From a virus, in the IMG/VR virus record IMGVR_UViG_3300045995_000065, positions 8,237-72,236 of that record: a stretch of DNA of 64,000 bases. The stretch is one strand, 5' to 3'. Both the position numbers and the translations under genes were made by a program. The notes below the pieces were generated by a model. It was not told the DNA's origin, searched no databases, and saw only the letters and a program-made list of their open reading frames with translations. Shown in pieces: positions 59,641-64,000 of this stretch; within the stretch, counting starts at the first letter, position 1, and each line of letters opens with the position of its first letter.

Positions 59641-60558
59641 TTATTGTCCTAATATTTTGTTAAATTCTGGTTCAATTATACCAGCGATCAATTGATGCCC
59701 ATACTCAGTGGGATGGTGGCTATAAGGGTTCAGTATTTTTCTGCCCACCAAAAAGTCAACCCTATTAGTGTCACTAATCCAGGACGACTTATGTGGAGTG
59801 GTATCGAAAGTTTCCATACCATTCAATATTGCTAACTTTGAAAGTAAGTCTCTTGGGTTTTCATTTTTAAAAAGTAAGTTATTGATGGTTGGACGACCGT
59901 CATAAATTTTTGTTGTGTCTGATTGGATGAATAAGTCAGCAGCATCCTCTACTACCACCCCGCTGACGAAATCTTCATATGACGGCCAATCAGTGCCAGC
60001 CAATTGCAAATATTTCTGCCTACTGGACCATAATGAATGTTGTTGATATTCATGGTGGTCAAACGTGTCAAACCACATATTTTTTATATTCTTGGCTTGG
60101 AAGTATTCATTCCAGTGCAAGATCTCAGTTGCCAACTCATCAATAGCAACATCTCTGTCGTAATGAAACTTAGTGTAGATTTTTGCAATTCCATCTTTGT
60201 CGTGCAAATAAGCAGTATCATACAAACTAGTTTGCAAGTTATACACTTCTATTCGTGCTGTGGTTGTTATTCCCCACATTACAATAATATTGGAAAATTC
60301 TGCCTGTAATTTGGCAAATTCATTGGATACAAAGAAATTTCGAGCAATACGAAATTGCATTTGATTGCTACAACCACCCGCTGCCAAATTTTTGTTGACC
60401 ATCCCAAATTTGGAAGCAATCAATGCACTAAAAGTAACATGAGCAAAATTTGGTGACCATGCTATTTTTTTATATTGACTTTCAGTCATACCATCTTTGT
60501 AACCTGCACCAACCCCCACAGTCCAACTGCACCCAAATGTTATAAGTAAGGTGCTCAT
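59641..60558 (-). CDS. SGNH-hydrolase-like protein
   Basis: FGCSWT.G, NLA..GCSN, HHP..GH; AT-rich. Confidence 0.7.
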   Translation of the reverse strand: MSTLLITFGCSWTVGVGAGYKDGMTESQYKKIAWSPNFAHVTFSALIASKFGMVNKNLAAGGCSNQMQFRIARNFFVSNEFAKLQAEFSNIIVMWGITTTARIEVYNLQTSLYDTAYLHDKDGIAKIYTKFHYDRDVAIDELATEILHWNEYFQAKNIKNMWFDTFDHHEYQQHSLWSSRQKYLQLAGTDWPSYEDFVSGVVVEDAADLFIQSDTTKIYDGRPTINNLLFKNENPRDLLSKLAILNGMETFDTTPHKSSWISDTNRVDFLVGRKILNPYSHHPTEYGHQLIAGIIEPEFNKILGQ

Positions 60559-61682
60559 TTGGGAAAATAGTTTTTCTTCGTGCCTTCGCGGTGGATGTCA
60601 CTAGTAATACAATGCAACCCACCATCCCAGAAATAGCGATGCCTAAAATTAAGAACATGAGGAGTTATCCCGCGTTTTTCAAACGCATCAAATACTTCTT
60701 TATTGTAATTATTGCAAACAACATTTTTCTCGTCAATGACTAGCATGTTTACATCAAAGACCGTTTCTTCAACATAACCAACCCAGTGTGATAGCCATTG
60801 CTCTACGTAATCAGTAAAGTCGTCGTTTAGTTCCTCACCAGGAACCCACCACTTGCCACGATTTTTATTCTTGAGACCCAAAAATGATCCAACTTTGGCC
60901 CAGCTTTGCCCAGGCAAATATATGACCTCCCATCCCGGGAATGTTTCAGCGTAAGTTTGTATGTCATGTAAGCTTACAATCAACCCAGGTACAACTGGAC
61001 AAAAACTTCCATCAGTATGTCCGGCAGTTTTCACAATGTGATTGGTATACTCCCCACAATACATATTAACTTCGAGTTCATTTGCACATTCTAACTCGTC
61101 TGTCCCGTGAAATAAATCGTTGCCGACTCTACATGACATGGCAGAATTCAATGAGCTTCCAATTATTGAGTTTCCATGCTGTTTAATGTCAGTCAACATT
61201 TTTTCCCAGAATAGCTTCTTTGCAGTCATGCTTGCCATGAAGTCAATATCCCAGTTAAGCGTACCAATCATTTCATTTTTAACGGCCGTTGGCAATGATA
61301 ACCATTCGTCCATCGTAGTTGGGCACTCTGGCCAATCACTACCGTAGCATTCATTAAATCTTTTGTTGGGTATGTCAAACTCAGTGTGGAACACATTCCC
61401 TAGCATTATAGTGCTATCACGTGGGCACATCGGAGGTGTCATCATTTTACCAGATGGTAACATGGTCTGATCTAGCCGTATGTCAGGTCTGTATGTAGTA
61501 ACCCCAAAACTATTGAGTAATTTTACTAGTTTCTGATAATCTTCCTCTGTCTCAATTGCGACACGTTCCAGTACATTGCGCACCTTAGCGTTGGTAATAT
61601 AACTATAAAACTCAGGAGGATAGCTTGCACCCACTGCACATACTTTAAGTGGGTCCCAGTGCTGATAGACATTATACATCAT
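60555..61682 (-). CDS. Amidinotransferase (second paralogue)
   Basis: HWDPLKVC.VG, PRD, GHTDG, FDVN, WDGGLHCIT. Confidence 0.88.
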   Translation of the reverse strand: MMYNVYQHWDPLKVCAVGASYPPEFYSYITNAKVRNVLERVAIETEEDYQKLVKLLNSFGVTTYRPDIRLDQTMLPSGKMMTPPMCPRDSTIMLGNVFHTEFDIPNKRFNECYGSDWPECPTTMDEWLSLPTAVKNEMIGTLNWDIDFMASMTAKKLFWEKMLTDIKQHGNSIIGSSLNSAMSCRVGNDLFHGTDELECANELEVNMYCGEYTNHIVKTAGHTDGSFCPVVPGLIVSLHDIQTYAETFPGWEVIYLPGQSWAKVGSFLGLKNKNRGKWWVPGEELNDDFTDYVEQWLSHWVGYVEETVFDVNMLVIDEKNVVCNNYNKEVFDAFEKRGITPHVLNFRHRYFWDGGLHCITSDIHREGTKKNYFPK

Positions 61683-62106
61683 TCATTCCTAATTCTTCAT
61701 ATCCGTCAAATTTGGTTTTGTATTCTTCTGAGAACCCCAAGTACAAATACTTGTAGCCCAAGTGCTTATAAACTGAACATTCAGTCTCTATACTTTTAAT
61801 ACCTAGTCTTAGCTTGGGCTCTTTGTAGTCCCACGCGAACTGTAGACTTTCCACATTCTCATTATCGTATGCACGAAGCAAACTAAATGCAACCAGTTCG
61901 CCTGCATCATTGCAATACCCTAGTACATTGTTTGCTGGGTCAGTATATTGACTGTCAAATATAGGCATCACACCGTCAAAGTTTTTGTGTGCGCAGTACG
62001 CCTTAAAAATTCTCTTGAGATGCTCGACTGGCCTACCTTCTAACTCTACAAAATGCTTTGACAGGTGGTAGTTAGTCTTAGCTAGATTGATCCTGCAATA
62101 CTTCAT
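61672..62106 (-). CDS. Arginyl/leucyl-tRNA-protein transferase (ATE/Bpt) C-terminal-like GNAT
   Basis: LVAFS...QFAWDY..P.L.LG..S...E......GYKYLYLG....YK..F.G. Confidence 0.7.
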   Translation of the reverse strand: MKYCRINLAKTNYHLSKHFVELEGRPVEHLKRIFKAYCAHKNFDGVMPIFDSQYTDPANNVLGYCNDAGELVAFSLLRAYDNENVESLQFAWDYKEPKLRLGIKSIETECSVYKHLGYKYLYLGFSEEYKTKFDGYEELGMNDV

Positions 62107-62605
62107 TTTCTCTCCATTTGACTACCCATTCTAGATTCTTTTCGGACCATACATCGTAGTAGCCCTTGTCTTTCAACTTAGCTGATGCTTCATTGAGTTG
62201 GGTCAAGTATTGCACGAGCAACAATCCACAGTGATTGAAATTCATGCGTACACCAGCAATATACTCTTGGTAACCAGGGTGATCTTCTAGTACCACATAG
62301 TTACGTGGCATCAGTTCTGCATTAAACTTTTGCATTCTGCTTTCCAACTCTTCGGGTGTAATCTTTGTGTGATCAAAGCATACAGCGAATGCTTCTACTG
62401 CATTTTCACCTTCGAGTCTTGACAGCGCAAGTTCAACCTGATTCTCTAAATCGGCTGCTTCTGCGAACAGAATGATAATCTTGTTTTCGATTCTAGCTTT
62501 ACGTGCATACGGGCAAGGTGCCCAATTACCTAGCTGTGGGTTTGGCTTTTCAACAAAGTTGATCATCCAATCGTGCAATTGTTGTTTGATAAGTTCTTGA
62601 TCCAT
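62078..62605 (-). CDS. DUF1415-like protein
   Basis: W...FVE....PCPYA, DHP, L.L.Q; TAAGTA 4 nt upstream. Confidence 0.55.
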   Translation of the reverse strand: MDQELIKQQLHDWMINFVEKPNPQLGNWAPCPYARKARIENKIIILFAEAADLENQVELALSRLEGENAVEAFAVCFDHTKITPEELESRMQKFNAELMPRNYVVLEDHPGYQEYIAGVRMNFNHCGLLLVQYLTQLNEASAKLKDKGYYDVWSEKNLEWVVKWRENEVLQDQSS

Positions 62606-62616
62606 ACTGTACTTAT

Positions 62617-62642
62617 AACAAAACCCCTTGCGGGGTTTTGTT
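62617..62642 (-). terminator. Rho-independent terminator after NAMPT
   Basis: AACAAAACCCC-GCAA-GGGGTTTTGTT. Confidence 0.85.
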
Positions 62643-62659
62643 TTGTTGCCGTTTAGTGC

Positions 62660-64000
62660 TTACTTGTTACTGTTAGCACGTACTTCGTCGAATGTTTGGG
62701 TGAACTTTACTTCACCATCTTCGAAGTATGTTTCCAATGCTTCCTTCCAACCATCAGTACCTTTGTCGGTCCAACGGGTAAGAGGGTAAACCGCAGTCTC
62801 ATACTCACCACCGCTTTCCCAAAGAGTAACACGGCCCTTCTTAGAAGTCTTGCCTGGGTCAGTGATAGGGTCCTTATAAACACTGCGCCATTCGCCTCCA
62901 AAGCCATCGTCATTTTCTTCGCCAGTACGAATACCAATTGCACTGCACTTCATAGCGAACTTCAAGGTGTCGCGATCAAGTTGTTGAAGCAATCCACCAC
63001 CCATACCGAATGCAATGTTGTCAGCAGAGTAACCACATACATCCACGAAGACACGAAGGATGCTGCTTAGTGCAACGGAGTTGATCCCGTCTCCCCAGAT
63101 AATTCGGACATTATTGAGGACCTTGTAGCCTTTCTTATTTTCGACCGATCCGAAATGTTCCTCAAGGATTCGGGCCATCTTTGGAAGTACTTCAAGCGGA
63201 TCACCGCTATCCGGCCGCACAACAACAACAGAATTAGAATTGACCACATCATCTTTTAGCTCCGTCCCCCACATTTTGCAGGCGTTATAAATGTCGTAAC
63301 TATCAGAGACTACTGCAAGAACCTTGCCGTCTCCACCGAATTGCTTAACCATATTGCGGTAAGCATCTACTTCGTTTTCACGGCCCCAGGAAGTGATTGT
63401 GCTGTGTTCTGCGGCTGGGATACTGTATCCGCAGACGTCGCCGCCATAGGTATCCATAACATGCAGCACACCAGACATAGTATCCGTACCCATAAAGTTG
63501 ACAAGGTGCGCTGCTCCACCAATGCCGGCAGAATCCAAACTGCTGACACCGCGAGCACCAAAATCATGCAGCTTAAAAGATATTGTTGAAGGATCACCGC
63601 TCTTTTCCAAGTAGTTTAGGATTTCTTGCTTAATGTGCCACGAAGTAGTTCCGACAGTGGTGGGATACCAGATTGCGCGGAGCGCCGCTGTTTCCACCCA
63701 AGTGGTGAGCCAAAAACATTTTGGGTCCGTATTTTCAATTGTGCAGAGGACATTTTTAGTAGGTATGATGCAACCTTCTTTGGCGGCGCAAATCCGCAAA
63801 GGTAGCTTGCCATTGTGTACATCAAGAATATATTGCCAACCTTCGCGGTTGAAAGGCTCTCCATGTAGAGTCCAGATTTTCTCCGCATAATCAATTTGTT
63901 CTTGCGTGATTGGTGTTGCGAGATACTTCGCGAGCGCTTGGACTCCGAGAAATTCTGTTCGATCATATTTTCCACCTCTTGATTCGATATAAGAGTAAAC
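62660..64000 (-). CDS. nadV: Nicotinamide phosphoribosyltransferase (partial, start beyond window)
   Basis: YIESRGG, LHDFGARG, GTD, SIPAAEHS, VSDSYD, RPDSG, GDG, FGMGG, KDPITD.GK.SKKG; frame open to 64000. Confidence 0.96.
   Translation of the reverse strand, partial: VYSYIESRGGKYDRTEFLGVQALAKYLATPITQEQIDYAEKIWTLHGEPFNREGWQYILDVHNGKLPLRICAAKEGCIIPTKNVLCTIENTDPKCFWLTTWVETAALRAIWYPTTVGTTSWHIKQEILNYLEKSGDPSTISFKLHDFGARGVSSLDSAGIGGAAHLVNFMGTDTMSGVLHVMDTYGGDVCGYSIPAAEHSTITSWGRENEVDAYRNMVKQFGGDGKVLAVVSDSYDIYNACKMWGTELKDDVVNSNSVVVVRPDSGDPLEVLPKMARILEEHFGSVENKKGYKVLNNVRIIWGDGINSVALSSILRVFVDVCGYSADNIAFGMGGGLLQQLDRDTLKFAMKCSAIGIRTGEENDDGFGGEWRSVYKDPITDPGKTSKKGRVTLWESGGEYETAVYPLTRWTDKGTDGWKEALETYFEDGEVKFTQTFDEVRANSNK

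Noticed and set aside
1-64000. Stop-codon reassignment
   Set aside because: Core genes are full-length in code 11 and TAA, TGA and TAG all end genes at tight junctions

Overview
The whole 64-kb window reads as part of a large lytic dsDNA tailed phage genome (T4-like/jumbo myovirus style, standard genetic code). It is densely coding and mostly on the minus strand. Left to right it holds: a phasin-like gene with a PhaR-type operator; an auxiliary metabolic block (amidinotransferase, 2OG-Fe(II) oxygenase, nucleotide-sugar dehydrogenase, radical SAM); four 'MKINE..' multidomain proteins with ART/GNAT-like motifs; ClpS-Hsp20-ClpX; and a ~12-kb early region of small ORFs driven by six near-identical sigma70 promoter cassettes. 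It continues with a cell-wall hydrolase, PAAR, glutaredoxin-NrdB-NrdA, virion genes, a nucleotidyltransferase + ligase-like pair, DnaB and primase, a collagen-like fibre, a miniature DnaE core, a UvsW-like helicase and a three-gene secreted pilin/chaperone-like operon. It ends with a second amidinotransferase cluster containing an aminoacyl-tRNA-transferase-like GNAT, and NAMPT. No tRNA, rRNA, CRISPR array or integrase was seen. All calls come from reading motifs by eye; no searches were run.
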